DNA from: Anolis carolinensis
Lineage: Eukaryota
Direction of reading: 5' to 3'
Assembly (NCBI RefSeq): GCF_035594765.1
Contig: NW_026943820.1
Span: 18,608,647-18,672,646, forward strand
Length of the DNA: 64,000 nt
Position numbers and translations under genes: made by a program. Position 1 is the stretch's first letter; every line of letters starts with the position of its first letter. The notes beneath the pieces were generated by a model that had not been told where the DNA came from, searched no databases, and saw only the letters and a program-made list of their open reading frames with translations. Positions 23,700 through 37,390 of the stretch are shown here, one piece after another.

Positions 23700-23905
23700 C
23701 TTGCGGCCGATTCACCTACCAAAAGCTTGCTGGGAGCTGTAGTCGCCCCTCCCGTTTCCTCGGAAGCCGGCGTATGCGCATGTACGGCGGCCGAGGGGGC
23801 GTGGCCGGAAGAGGCGGGCCGGGCGGGGAGCGCTCGGAAGGTTTGTGCCGCGCTCGGTGCCTTCGCCGCCGCGCCTGCCGCCATTAGCCGAGTTGGAGCT
23901 GCGAG
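23700..23905 (+). promoter_or_regulatory. NUTF2 CpG-island promoter and non-coding exon 1 (donor GAG|gtgaga at 23905)
   Basis: SBS/Ronin motif TGGGAGCTGTAGT 23731-23743, NRF1-like TGCGCATG ~23775, ETS CCGGAAG ~23805, GC boxes, YY1 CCGCCATT 23878-23885. Confidence 0.8.
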
Positions 23906-24151
23906 GTGAGAGAGCGCGGAGGAGCGGGGCGGGGGGAGAAGTGCGCGTGCGCGAGGGGCCCGAGCTCTCCCGGGGGGTCGCCTCGCCTCGTTCCCGCCTC
24001 GCGTCCCTCGGAGGGGAAGGGCGTGTCGCGGGCGGCGGGGCCTACAAGGCCCCCTCAGGAAATCGGGCGGGAGGCCTTTGCCGAGGGCTTCTCTCTAGGC
24101 GTCCCCGGAGGTTTCCTCTCCCTTTGTGCGCTTGGCAAAGCACATGTGCAG

Positions 24152-25835
24152 TCATAGAATAATTGAGTTGGAAGAGACCCATGTAGGGCCATCTAGTCCA
24201 AACTCATTCTGCCATGCAGGAAAACCACAATCAAAACATCCCCGACAGATGGCCATCCAATCTCTGTTTAAAAGCCTCCAAGGAAGGAGTTTCCACCACA
24301 CTCCGAAGCAGAGAGTTCCACTGCTGAACAGCTCTTCTTACCGTCAGGAAGTCCTTTCTAACCTTCAGGTGGAATCTCCTTTCCTGTCATCTGAACCCCG
24401 AGTCCTACTTTTCAGGGCAGAAGAAAACAAGCCTGCTCCCTCTTCCTTATGACATCCTTTCACATGGCTTTCATGTCTCCTTTCAACCTTCTCTTCTTCA
24501 GGCTAAACATAAGTCAACTCTTTAAGACACTCCTCAGAGGGATTCATCATCTCCAGACCTTTGATTTTTTTAGTCTCCCACCTCTGGACACCTTCCAGCT
24601 TCTCAATATCTCTTTTGAGCTGTGGTTCCCAGAATTGGACACAGTATTCCAAGTACTTACTTACTTAAGCGATCCCTTGTAGGCCGAGGATGATGGTCCT
24701 CCAGTTATAGAGTCTTGGGGGTGAGTTCTTAGGTGGCTGAAGAGACCTATTCTTGATCTGCATGTTCTCCCACAATGAGGACATTGGTTTCCAGGTGGAA
24801 GGCGGTCCTGGTCAGGGTTGGCTTGACGCTCCTTCCTCTTGGCACGTTTCTCCTTTAAGCCCTCCATTCGTGCCTCTTCGAACTCCGCAGCACTGCTGGT
24901 CACAGCTGACCTCCAATTAGAGCGCTCAAGGGCCAGAGCTTCCCAGTGTCTATGCCACAGTTTTTAAGGTTGGCTTTAAGCCCATCTTTAAATCTCCAAG
25001 TGAGGTTTGACCGAAGCAGAATAGAGGGTCACTTTGACTTACCTTGATCTAAAGACACTACTCTCCTTTTGATGCAGCTCAAAATCCCATTGACTTTTTG
25101 AACTGCTGCATCACACTGTTGCCCGTGTTGGCTCAGCGGGTTAAACTGCTGAGCTGCTGAACTTGCTGACCGAAAGGTCGCTGGTTAAAATCCGGGGAGC
25201 GGGGTGGGCTCCTGCTGGTAGCCTCAACCAACATAACAGTTGGAAAACATGCAAATGTGAGTAGATCAGTATATACCACTCTGGCAGGAAGATAATGCAG
25301 TCATGCCGGTCAAATGACTTTAGAGGTGTCTGCAGACAATGCCGGCTCTTCGGTTTAGAAATGGAGATGAGCACCACCCCCCAGAGTCAGACATGATTAG
25401 TCTTAATGTCAGGGGAAAACCTTTACCTTCTATCATACTGTTGGCTCATGTTCACCTTGTCCACAAAGACTCCAAGATGTTTTTCACATGGACTGTTGTC
25501 GAGCCAGACATCACCCTTCCTGTATCTCTGCGTTTCACTTTTTTTCTGCCTAAGTGAAGTATCTTACATTTGTCCTTGTTGAAATTCATTTTGTTAGTTT
25601 TGGCCAATCTGATCTGTTAAGGTCATTTTGAATTCTGAACCTGTCCTCTGAAATATTAGCTATCTCTCCTAACTTGGTGTCATCTGCAAACTTGATAAGC
25701 AGGCCCTCTAAATGTTTGTCCAAGTCATTAATAAAGATATTGAATGGTATTGAGCCCAGGACTGAACCCGGCATTCCACTCGTCACTTCTTTCCAGGATG
25801 AAGAGGAACCATTGGTGAGCAGCCTTTGGGTTCCT
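24152..25835 (-). mobile_element. CR1 LINE 3' part with a nested RTE-like fragment (24655-24994) and a Sauria SINE (~25125-25430)
   Basis: RT motif GSVLG..FNIFINDLD..IKFADDTKLG; attctatga tail. The nested element encodes CPHCGRTCRSRIGLFSHLRTH, with a (TAAG)n tail and TSD tccaagt at 24648-24654 / 24995-25001. Confidence 0.85.
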
Positions 25836-26799
25836 GGGAGGGAGCTCTTGCCCTGCAGTTCCTAGCAGCCCCAGCCAGAAAGACCTATGGGGAGGGAGGG
25901 ATGTTGGGAACCATAGCTGAACAGCACCAGGGACCTCATCACTAGAACAGGGCTCCTCAAACCTTTCAAGCCAAGGGCTAGTTCATGGTGCCTCAGTCTG
26001 TTGGGGGGCCAAGCCATAGTTTGAAAAAAGCATGAATTAATTCTTAGGCACACTGAATGTATCTTATATTTGGTGCAAAAAAACAAAACAAAAACGTGAG
26101 AGAACAATATAATATTTGAAATGAAGAACACTTTTGACAGACATGGACTTACCAATATTTCAATGGGCCTGCTTTTGATTGATGAAATATTCAAGTTAAT
26201 TAGACTTGTTTTTGTTGTGTTTCAGGAGGGTGACCCTAAGTATAAAGTTTAGGGCAAGAGGCGGTCAATGACCTTGGAGGGCCACATCTGGCCCGCATGC
26301 CTTAGTTTGTGGAACCCTGGCTTAGTCACATGTATGTTTTAAGTTGATTAGGGGATAGAAAAGAGGCAGGGTACCTTAGACACCACCTACCAAAAATCTG
26401 TGGGTACTCAGGTCCCATTATATACAACAGTGTAGTAAAATTATGTCCGTTATATGTAACGGACATAGAGACTATGACATGGAGCAATAGATTCAAATTG
26501 CAGGATAATAAGAGTCCGCCTAAATGCTAGGAATAACTTTCTGGCAGTAAGAACTGTTTGACAGTAGAATAAGCTGCCTTGGAGCCTGGTGGAGTCTCCT
26601 TCTCTGGAGGTTTTTAAGCAGAAGCTGGATGGCCATCTGTTGGGAGCACTTTGATTGATTTTCCTGCACGACGGGATTGGACTGGATGGCCTTTGGGGTC
26701 TCTTCCAACTCTATGATTCTATGAATGTGAATTGGGAAATAATAGAGGGATTAGTCTGAATCCATGATGCATACAAATCGCAGTGTCATTCTTCTAGAG

Positions 26800-26934
26800 C
26801 AGTGGTTCTCAACCTGTGGGTCCCCTGATGTTTTGGCCTTCAACTCCCAGAAATCCTAACAGATGATAAACTGGCTGGAATTTCTGGGAGTTGTAGGCCA
26901 AAACACCTGGGGACCCACAGGTTGAGAACCACTG
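26800..26934. mobile_element. hAT-type MITE
   Basis: TIR cagtggttctcaacctgtgggtcccc / ggggacccacaggttgagaaccactg. Confidence 0.88.
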
Positions 26935-27846
26935 CTCTAGGGCAATGAATTAGAATTTGTAAGATGCTTTTCCTTATTTATATCTTGGTGACGAGGAATT
27001 ATATCAATAGCACAATTCCTTACCTTTAAAATATTTTCAAAACTGGTTTTCTTCCTACTTGTCCTCGAAAATAATGCTTTTGGCAAATTGAGCGATATCG
27101 GGGGGGGGGGGGGTCTACTCAAAACAAGAAGAGAAAACGAGTATTTGGAAAATCTTTTTATGAGGGCCATAGTCACAGTATGAAACATATTGTACAAAAT
27201 GTTCTTCCCTTCACCTTGCTGCTTTTTCTATTTTACCCACTGTTTTCATGGTGAGGCAACATTTGAGTGGATTTGTATAGGCTCATAGATTTCTGAGTGG
27301 GCTGGCTTCCCAAGTAGGACCCCGCTGTTAGTTAGAATAATGTTTGTGGCCAATTCATACTAGATGCAGCTATACCAAAATTACTCATTTTATTTTGAGC
27401 TCTGTGGTGAAAATGCAAGTGTCCTTCATATACTTTGAAAACAACATTTGAAGTTGAAAAACTATTGGTTGAAGTTATACTTGTTTATGTGGATGGTGTG
27501 AAACTTATTAGCGAAAAGGTGTGGTTGATGTTAGGAAATCCACCTTCACTGACCCTATCTTTGAAGGGAGCAACGAAAACTTGCATTGAAAACCACTCTA
27601 TTTTTTCAGGCTGTCAGACTGTATAGAAATGGTAGCTGCCCATATACATTGAAAAACATTTTGCATTACGTTGGAAAAGAAGTTTATGAGGGTTAATATT
27701 TTGTTTGAATACTGTATATGGATTGTAATCAAATTATTTCTGCCCTCCTTTATATTTATGTGGAAAGATATTCTGGGGTAATGTTGTAATATCTGTATAA
27801 TAATTATTGGTGTGTATATATACATTTTTAAATGCTGTCTTTAGAG

Positions 27847-27975
27847 CAGTGGTTTCCAACTTTTGGTCCTCTAGGTGTTTTGGACTTCAGTTCCCATAAT
27901 TCTTAACAACTGGTACACTGGCTGGGATTTCTGCGAGTTCAAAGCAACTGGAGGACCAAAAGTTGGGAACCACTG
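27847..27975. mobile_element. hAT-type MITE, TSD ctttagag
   Basis: TIRs and exact 8-bp TSD. Confidence 0.88.
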
Positions 27976-29773
27976 CTTTAGAGGGTTTATGATTCCATAT
28001 CAATTGGGGCAGTCTTTTTCATATTGTTGCTGAATAACGTAATCTATTGAAAACTTTCAGTAATATTTCAGAAAGACAGAAAAGGATGCTTCTTATATCC
28101 TATTGGCTGTATAATCCTAACTTGCCTTGTTGGCTCAATTTCAGTATGGAAACATTGTTTTTCCTTTTTACTAATGGGAAAATGGCAAAGAGGTTGAAAT
28201 TTGCTCTTAATACTATTGTTATTTAGAAAGAACAGCCACTTGTCTGTGATAAACATGAATCTTCTGCAGAACACATAACGAAGCATAATGAATCTTGATT
28301 GTTATTTACAGAATCCCCCTAATCCCAAACTCGAAATACTTAAAAGCAACCCTCAAAAACTTTTTACCACCAGCTGCTTAGTCACATGCTGAGCTTTTCC
28401 TCAAGGAACTCAGATGAGGGTAAGAACAATGTGGAGGACCCGCTTGCACAAGACCTTTGTAAAAAAAAAGCCCAGATGCCTCTGTACTTGTCTCCTGTCC
28501 AACCAAAGGTGGGATGCTGACTCTAGAAAACAGTTGCAAGGGCCAGAATGGAGTGACTTCATTAGCCACTTCCTGTATCCAGCTCAGAGAAAAGGAAAAA
28601 GGCTCATGGGGCAGTGTGTATTTCTGACTACTTTTCTAAAAATGTGGACAGACATCTAAGATTTCTTCTCGCAAGGGCCTAGTAAGGTGGAAAACATTCA
28701 ATGAATTCTAGGTATAGGCTATATTTCAGAGGAAGGAACTAGCAAAACCATGTCTGAAAAACCCTAAGAAATTCATGAGGTTGTCATAAGTTGGCAGCCA
28801 AGTAACTTGAAGGCACATACACACCTCTCCTTTTTGTGGTGCATCTGGAAAGGTTTGCCTCTAACCTTGGTATTGTGTTAACCTTGCTAATGTATCATAG
28901 CCTTTTTTTACTGTTGGAATTATTATTAAGCAAAAATTATATTAAAAGTTAAGAATAAATAACTGCTAGGGTACGAATACCAGTACCGTAGTCTATGTTT
29001 CAGAAAATGGAAAAGGCAATCAATCACTGAGTATATAAAAACCCTGTGAAATTCATGGGGTTGCCATAGATGACTTGAAGGCACGCACACACGCATACAC
29101 AGGGAGGGAAAATTGTATAGCTGTTAACAATTTCATACAAACATTCTAAAAACTAAGTTGAAATGGAGTTCTGCTCTCTATAGCATGTCAAATGATAGTC
29201 CCATTCAAAATCCACAAACTCCTCTGAACTGCCTATGTTTCCATGGTCACATTAATCCCTGATTAAAATGAACATGCAAGTCAAGCTGAGTATAGTTGCT
29301 TTTGCAAAACATGGGACTGATGATCTCTCTGCTCTGAGCTTTCCCTCATCAGCATCATGTTCCTTTATGCCTAATTGCTTCTGGAACAATTTGCCACAGA
29401 TCCTTTTTTCAGATAATAATGCTGGGGTGTTTTATTGTACACCCATATGGCTACTCAACAGGGTCAACTCTGGTTAATATTTCGGTGAGACCCCAACAGC
29501 AAATACAGGTTGAATCTCCCTTATCCAAAATGTTGTTTTTCTGATTTTTCTTCTTCTTTTATATTTGCATATGCATAATGAATGAGGGAAAGGGGGCTGT
29601 TTTCAGATCCAGACCCCACTGGGTTTCTTTTAAGGAGCTGTCGCTTCATCACAGTCAGAAATGTGCTGGGAGAAGGGGGGTGCTCTGGGTTCTGATGGTT
29701 TCAATCCATACTGAGTCACATTTCACTGGTCTCTCTTGTACTTTCATTGGCAGGCTCCAGCTAAGGATTCAGA

Positions 29774-29872
29774 ATGGGAGACAAGCCTATTTGGGAACAG
29801 ATCGGTTCCAGCTTTGTACAGCATTACTACCAGTTATTTGATACAGACAGAACTCAATTAGGAGCAATATAC
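29774..29872 (+). CDS. NUTF2: Nuclear transport factor 2, coding exon 1 ([33 protein letters not shown])
   Basis: Exon begins at 29754 after ttggcag; near-identical to vertebrate NTF2; donor gtaagt. Confidence 0.97.
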
Positions 29873-30717
29873 GTAAGTAGATACTAGAACAGGATTCTTT
29901 ACTTATTTTAATTCTTTACTTATTTTTCGGTACTGCTTGCTTACATCTCTTTCATCCCCCAACCACAATTCTGTATATTTCCTTAAAATATCTAGGAATG
30001 CCTGTCAGTTATTGTGAGCTTGAGAAGCAGAATTACATTTACAATTATGTCACTAAAGCTTTTGCAGTGTGTGCTAGTTCTATTTACTCTCATTTGTTTA
30101 GTTGAAAACAGCCCAGAGTCCCTTTGGGGAAACAGGGCAGTCTACAAATATAGTATTATTGTTATCATCATCATCATATTGGAGTATCTCCACCAGATCA
30201 AAGACACCATAAAACTGGTGATCTCTGCAGGTGGTGACTTCCCTCTCGGGTGCTTACTAAAGGTAATGGCAACACTTTGCCATCTTGCAGAGAGGTTGCC
30301 CTTTATACAGTTTTCCTCCCTCTCATCGATTTACTAGATATTTGTTAAGATTTAATTTATTAACATGAGCACCCTACCCATTCTATTTTCCCTACCATAT
30401 CCTCTGGGAAAAAATATTTGGAAATGACTAATAAAAATTATATACAAAAAAAGGGCTGAGGAGCAAAAGATTGAATTAGTGATCTCACAGCATTCTGGAG
30501 TAAGGAGCAGCCAGCATGAATTGTTAGGAAATGTCTCTTGAGGCATGTTTTTTGGCATCTGCCTGAGTTAGCTAACTTTGTGCTTAAGAAGCAATTGCTG
30601 TTTAATAATGGCTTGTATAGAGCCATTACATTTTCTATGGGGGATCAAGAATGGTTTGTACAAAGCAAAACCTTTCAGCCAGACTGTGACTGGATTTTCT
30701 TACTGTTATTATTTCAG

Positions 30718-30789
30718 ATAGATGCCTCATGCCTTACGTGGGAAGGACAACAATTTCAGGGCAAAGCAGCTATTGTTGAAAAACTCTCA
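30718..30789 (+). CDS. NUTF2: NTF2 coding exon 2 (IDASCLTWEGQQFQGKAAIVEKLS)
   Basis: tttcag/gtaagt; matches NTF2. Confidence 0.97.
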
Positions 30790-31179
30790 GTAAGTATTTG
30801 CAGTAGCAGTTAATGTGTGATAGATTTTTATTCAGTCTGAAATTTGATAGATTTGCTTCTCTGGGCGAGATAATCTCTAGCTTTACATCTGATGTCATAT
30901 TCATTGCACATTCCTCATACAGTACAGTTGTCACTTCCTACGTGGTGGTTTCAATAGTGTTTATCTGTATGATTTCATTAACTTCTATAGCATCTCATGT
31001 AAGCAATACCTAGCTTTTGTGTGTACCTTAATCCTGAGGTTTTAATAAAAGCACACCTTTGGGTCATTGAATACCATATCTCCTTGTCTTGAACTTAGTC
31101 AATCAGATACACATTTCTTTCACATACAGAACTGAAATTGTGTGAGAGTGAGTTAAAGAGTTTCTTGTTTCCATTACAG

Positions 31180-31278
31180 AGCCTTCCCTTTCAGAAAATA
31201 CAACACAGTATCACAGCGGAAGACCATCAACCCACACCTGACAGCTGTATACTCAGTATGGTAGTAGGGCAGCTTAAG
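31180..31278 (+). CDS. NUTF2: NTF2 coding exon 3 ([33 protein letters not shown])
   Basis: ttacag/gtatgt; matches NTF2. Confidence 0.97.
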
Positions 31279-34200
31279 GTATGTGCTACTTTCAACCTTG
31301 AACCCTATGAAATGGTGTTTTAGAGCTCCGTTAAGGCCCATTTTGGGTATAAACCATAGTTTGGGTGCCATAGATAGGATGTGGGCTTACATGTTTCCCT
31401 TTCATTATTTGATGATCTTGGCAGAAAAAGAATGAGTACCCATAGAGAAATGTGTGTAAAAGTTTGAAGGAAAGCTGCTGCTTTACATTTAAATCTTTGA
31501 TCAATCTGGTATCAAATATCTACCCCCACTACCCCAAGCGAGACAATCTGTTTTTGATTGAATTGTGGAAACCAAGTGGCTTTTCCATTTGGTTGAAACA
31601 AAGGTGATAAACATTATGACTGAGGTATAAAGTTCCTCATAACCTCAGTGGTAGCTGTTGAGCAAGTCCCATCTATTGGTTGCAAGTAACTGAAAGTGGG
31701 ACCAGTGCTTTTATATGCAGTTGTTGCCTCTCTGACAGCAGAGTTTAAACAGAAACCTGAACAAATATTGTAGGGATTTTGGTAAGAATGTGTCATGTAA
31801 TTGTGAGCCTATGACTCAGACTGTAGACAGCAGCCATTTGGGAGCTTCGTTCATTCGAAAAGCTGTGTGATGCCTATGGTCACATCCTCTCACTTTATTT
31901 CAATGGGTGCCCTGTGAAAAAAGAAAACCAACAAAGAATCTTGTGTTGACAGTTTCAAAAAAACAAAGCATTTATGATGTGAAGAAACGACAGCAGCAGC
32001 AGTTTTAGCACATCAGAAGCTTCTTGAGCTAACAAGAGTGGAGTGAATGAGCTTCAGCAATATAGGAGCAGAGTCAAGCTTTAAAAGTTATAAAAGACAT
32101 TATTCAAAGATCTGCATTTCTATATAGGAAAGTTAGGACCTAGTTATCTAGCTATATTGAGACATCTTGTCTCTCCATACTCACAGGAGAAGAACAAAAT
32201 GGGATTGCCATGCCATCTGAAAACTTTGAATGAAAAGAGGCATGTCCCTGAGAAGTATCAGTACAAGAAACAAGAGAGAGAGTAGAGAAGCAGGCAGAGA
32301 GCAATGGGGGAAAGGCTTTCCCTGTCGGCTAACTCATTTGCCTTTCTATTTCCTTAATAAGGGCTATAAACCTGTGCAGGATATAGTTGAGTTCCAACAC
32401 CTTGTAATACTGCAAATATTTTTTTGGGGGGGGGGGGGGGGGAATGGCAATTATAACCTTTTTGAAAAAGTTATTCAGTTTGTTTTCAATTGTCCTTTGC
32501 CCTGCTGATACTGCAAGGTCACAAATTCCCAGCCGTGAAACAGTGAGCAGGGGGAAACATAAGCACAAACACATTCCCTGACTGATAAAAGACTAGGGCA
32601 ATAAACTACTTGGCTAATAAAAACAAGTAAATAAAATTAAAGCAGGAGCGCTCTGCCGAAGCAGCCTGCCTCGGCTCACGCCAACCGGAAGTCTGCCACC
32701 TTTTTGAAAAAGAAAAATGATGTCATATCCGTTTGGCAAATGTGAATCTCCATGAACATCTGAAGATACCTTTTGAAAACCACTAGTCAAGGAAAGGCAT
32801 GACCTTGTTAGAAGTCAACCCTTTGAACAAGTGATGTTTATAATCATTCACATAATGGCACACAGATAACTCGGCTGTTAAACTGAAGAATCATGTCTTT
32901 GAACTACCAGGAAACAAAGACATGCCACTACAAAAATATATTTGGTTAGCAGAGTTTTCAAGATGTTTCTTTGAAGTTGAAATTGGAATTGTAGTTGCAG
33001 TTGCCCAAAAGATATACACTCCCTTGAAACTTATTAGTTTAAAATATGCATTCAGAGATTAAAAAAACAAAAGTCTTCCTTAGAAAAATAACGTATCTTG
33101 TTTACTCGCAAACATTTTGTATTAATTCACCATACATGCACATTTCTTATTAAAGTTCAGTTATAGATAGGATGTAGTTTCTCTGTGTTGAGAAACCATA
33201 GTCCAAAGTATAATTGTACTCACTGCTTCTCAAATTAAGCATATAGTAAACTGTTGCTGCATAAATTCAAATGACAGCTGCTTCCATTGAAGTCCAAACA
33301 CATACTGATAACAAAATGGAGTTTTGAGTCTAAACATGCTCAATACAATCACATCTCTATCCCCTCCCACACCAAAGAGGTCAGTCAAACTGGAAAATCA
33401 ACATATACATATAATACAGATTAGCAAACATACATTAACAAATAAATAGTGAAGGCTTAAAAAGTTGCTATTTCCAACAAAAATCACTTTGTTATGACCG
33501 AGAAATTTGTGCTGATAAATTAGTCTTACTGTCATTACAATTCTGTAATTTTAGTGCTACAGATATAACACAACTGCCTCTCTGGAAATTATTAAGACTG
33601 TAGTACAGCTCTGGGTGTAGAAGACTATCTTGTTCTCTGGAAGCAACTAGAAGCAGTGTTAAAAATCAGAGAAAACAGGTTCTCCCTCCATGCCTCTTCT
33701 CCCATTTTCCATCCGCAACATCTGTCCCCTTGAAAAAAATTGTTTAAGAAAGGGGGTATTTGATTTTTATTCTTGTTACCCAGTTTGAGTGACATAATTT
33801 GGACAGAAAAGTAAGTTGTATATTAAATAAATCATGTACTAACTGTGAAGCATTTATGGAATTTCAGGTCAGTATGGAGAGCAATGTATTTAGCTTATAG
33901 GTGACATATTTAACTGTGTAGAGTCGAGAGGTATATTGCAGTTTACCTAGGAAGACTGAGGAAGAATTAGGAATGAAAAGCATTGTATGAACATCCTTGG
34001 GACACAGAGTCCTTGTAGGTCTGTAAGTGGGCACTTTTAGCTAGCAAGACACATCTGTTGTATAGGTCCATTAATTTTGCGAAAACTGCCTTTAAATGAC
34101 CTCACAGCTCCTTCTGCTCACTGCTAACTTCATCCTTCTGATAATGATGGTTCTGGCTGTCCTTTGATAAACTGCAACCTTCTCCTCATTTGGCCTGTTA

Positions 34201-35449
34201 TTCCAAGGAGAGGAATGGCTTTTCAGCCCGCAATTCTCATGGCAACTTCTGGCCTCAGAGGGAAAACCAGCAGCATGTCCTTTGGTTGGGAAAAATACAT
34301 GACATGACCTGGTATATTTTGATAACTAGTGTGACCACATTTGTGAGAATTCTTATCCATCAGTTAAAGGATGTTTATTTGTATTCATCTGTAATGTGCA
34401 TCCATTATAATCTGTGTGTAATCAATAAAATCTGTTATTTTATCACACAGTCTTGTTTCGTTTTGGTAATTCTGTAATTTCTTATTGACTAGTGTTCAGT
34501 TTGTATGAACAGAAGGATATGCCAGCAGAGGATATGCCAATCTTGCATACAGAAACTAGATGAAACTTATTATCTCAAAGTTATATTTCTTCCTGAGTTT
34601 GTCCAAATATAATGTAGTAGAAAAGAGCTTGTGCTTCTGCAGTTTGTAAGAAATTTGTTTAATACATTTTCTCAGGCAGATCTAGAGAGGATGAGACAGC
34701 AGAGAGCATTGGTTTTTCCTTTACTTTCTGAATGTTCAGTTGAACACTGCCTCTAACGTTATTCATTATGCATTGTGTATTTATTGCATCACTAAACCTG
34801 GTTCAGTAGATCAGAAACACAAAGAAGGCATGTAGACAGCTGTTCAAAATGAGAAACCAGATTCATATCAACATACCAGAATATTAGTGTTACTTGGTGT
34901 ATCTTTACAGATAAACAATTTTTAGTAGGCTTAAAACTCACTTTTCAGTTTATTTTTTTAAGTTAGGACCCAGTTCCACTCAATGGCATTTTATTTTTTA
35001 AAAGTTCTCTTATGTAAAGAGCTATGAAGAACTTTGGAGAATATATGCCAAATGGAGTAGATACTGCACTGTGCAAGAATTAACAAAAGTAATGCAGATT
35101 TATGTTTTCATAGTTTCAGAGAACAGAAGCTGCTAGTTTTTGCAAAATTGGTGGTCATTATTTAAAACACGAACAACCCATTATATAGGGAAACCTCTTG
35201 CAAAACAGTTAAGATGAAAAGATATAGCTTGTAGCTGTGATGTAAATATTAGACTAGTAAGTAACTGAATAGATTCCCTTTCCACTTGTTACATTGCTTC
35301 TTGTCTACTTGTCCATCAACAGTTCAAGTATCAGTGTGGCACATTCTGGGTACACACAGTAAATGCACTCTTAATAAACCCCAAGTGAAACAGGCATCCT
35401 GTGTTTTCAGAACCTGTCCATTTAATGGTTTCTCTCCTCTTCTGCTCAG

Positions 35450-35560
35450 GCAGATGATGACCAAGTTCTAGGTTTCCATCAGACCTTTTTGTTGAAAAGC
35501 TTGCAAGGTGCTTGGGTTTGTACCAATGAAGTCTTCAGGCTAGCGCTCCACAATCTTTAG
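35450..35560 (+). CDS. NUTF2: NTF2 alternative (duplicated) last exon A: [36 protein letters not shown]
   Basis: Strong polypyrimidine acceptor tttctctcctcttctgctcag, phase 0, open and indel-free against exon B; AATAAA at 35781 and 36016. Confidence 0.8.
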   Translation, partial: ADDDQVLGFHQTFLLKSLQGAWVCTNEVFRLALHNL

Positions 35561-37390
35561 CTTCTTGCCTCCTCCTCCCTCTGAACTCTGCAGTCCTCAC
35601 TGAGTAAGAAGCCTTCTGCTTGCTCCTGTCTCCCAGTTGACCTTGAAGCCTGAATAGCATGACTGCTGCTTGTGTGTTATCAATGCAGGACTGCAGAATG
35701 AAAACTTTGCTTGACCCAGAATTGTGACTCCTGAATTAAGAAAGGTGTGGGTTCTCTTAGGAAGCAAATGCTGCAAAATTAATAAAGCATAACTGTTTTG
35801 TTTTCTGCCAGTCAGTTGCCTGCTTAACATATGCCAGACTTTAGAAACGTGGGACATACATGTGGCATACAGTGAATGCTTACCTCTATATGTCTGGAAA
35901 TTTCTGTCTTCTCTAAAGCCTGTAGGCATATTTGCAGTTTATCTCGCAGAGCGAGGCAACAATCCACAAACAAAGGCAGAATACTTTCTAAAGTACCAGA
36001 TGGTCCATGAGTAATAATAAAAAGTCAAGTCTCTGCTCCAAAATACCTAAATTACAACAGTACTTTAGAGATGGGAAAGCAAACAAAGGAGAAGCATCAG
36101 CATCAGAGCTGCAAATATACAAACTTTACTTGAAGTAAAGATGAAAATTAAAGGTCTAACCCAAAGGCTTCATAAAAAGTTGGGTTTTAAATAAAGAGTT
36201 GGCCTAGTGTTTTCAAACTGTAACTCTAAAAATATTATTGAATCACACAGCATGAATATGTGGTTATGCTACATTTATCTGATTTGAATTTTAATATGTA
36301 AGGGAAGGAACAAATGGTATCATTGTGTGAAATGCTTGCTTGTGAAAGGACTTGCTTCTTGGGAAGTAGTTTTATTTTTCTCCACCGCTCTATCAAGATG
36401 CACTTGTAAAGGATTTTCACTAATTTCAGTCTTAGCGGAAGTAGTTTACCTGAACTCTGGGTTGGGGGAAGAAAGGGGCCATGGATGGGCATTCAACACC
36501 TAAAAATTGCAATGGAATTCAGATCTAACAATAGTTTTTATAACAATATTTTTATAAGATAGACTTTATGGATGCAGTACAATATTTCCATTTCAGTGCA
36601 AGAGACAACCCACAATTAACTTGGAGAAAGCATGATATTCATGTGCAGATGTAACTGATAGTTTCCTCTTGTCTTTTCCAGAGTTTATGTGGTAGCCTAA
36701 CAACAGATGTATTGAATTATTATCCATCTTTTGTAATTATGCAAAAAATACTATGGGACCAAAAAGTTATTTCAGGCATCCTTCTGTCTTATTTTTGGAA
36801 GCAGAAGCAATTTAGCCGTTTGCTTTTGTGATGACCATGGTAGAAGTCCCATTTTGTGACATGTGGTAGTGGAAAAATATGTAGCAGACTCCTCCTGTAT
36901 TTTTTTATAATATATATCCTCTTGTACATCATAATCTTCAAGCTTGAACAGAAAATTATTATTTGTTTTAAATGACACTCTCTTGTGGAACTCAGAGCAA
37001 AGTGTTTCAGAATCTTAAGGCACAAAGGGAACCCTAGTTGATAAATTCTGTTTAAAATTTACATTGCAAAAAGAACAACACTTTCAAATTTCAATAAGCA
37101 CAGATTATAGCTCAGTAGTAATTGCTACTGTGAGAAGGGATCACCTCTAAGTTTGCTAGTAGCTTGAATATTGTCCATGACATAATAATGATGCACTATT
37201 CAAACTGAGAATGCACGCCCAAATCCTAGGATATATTAAACCTTTTTGGTGGGTTGGCGGAAGGGTGTGTGATTGTTTTATATTGTTTTGCTGAATGGAG
37301 TCGTATGCATGACAAATCTGTCACTAGTGCCAGAATTCTCCTGCTAGAATATATCTGTTTCTAAAGTGTATTTTTCTTCTGTCTTCACAG

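Noticed and set aside
23711-23725. Antisense donor (TTG|gtaggt) in the NUTF2 promoter as a distal CENPT first exon, as in human
   Set aside because: No convincing acceptor upstream of the CENPT ATG exon, which has its own CpG promoter; unsupported without transcript data.
35450-35560. Processed NUTF2 pseudogene
   Set aside because: Only the last exon is present, starting exactly at the intron boundary with its own acceptor and no poly(A) tail or TSD; this indicates genomic exon duplication.
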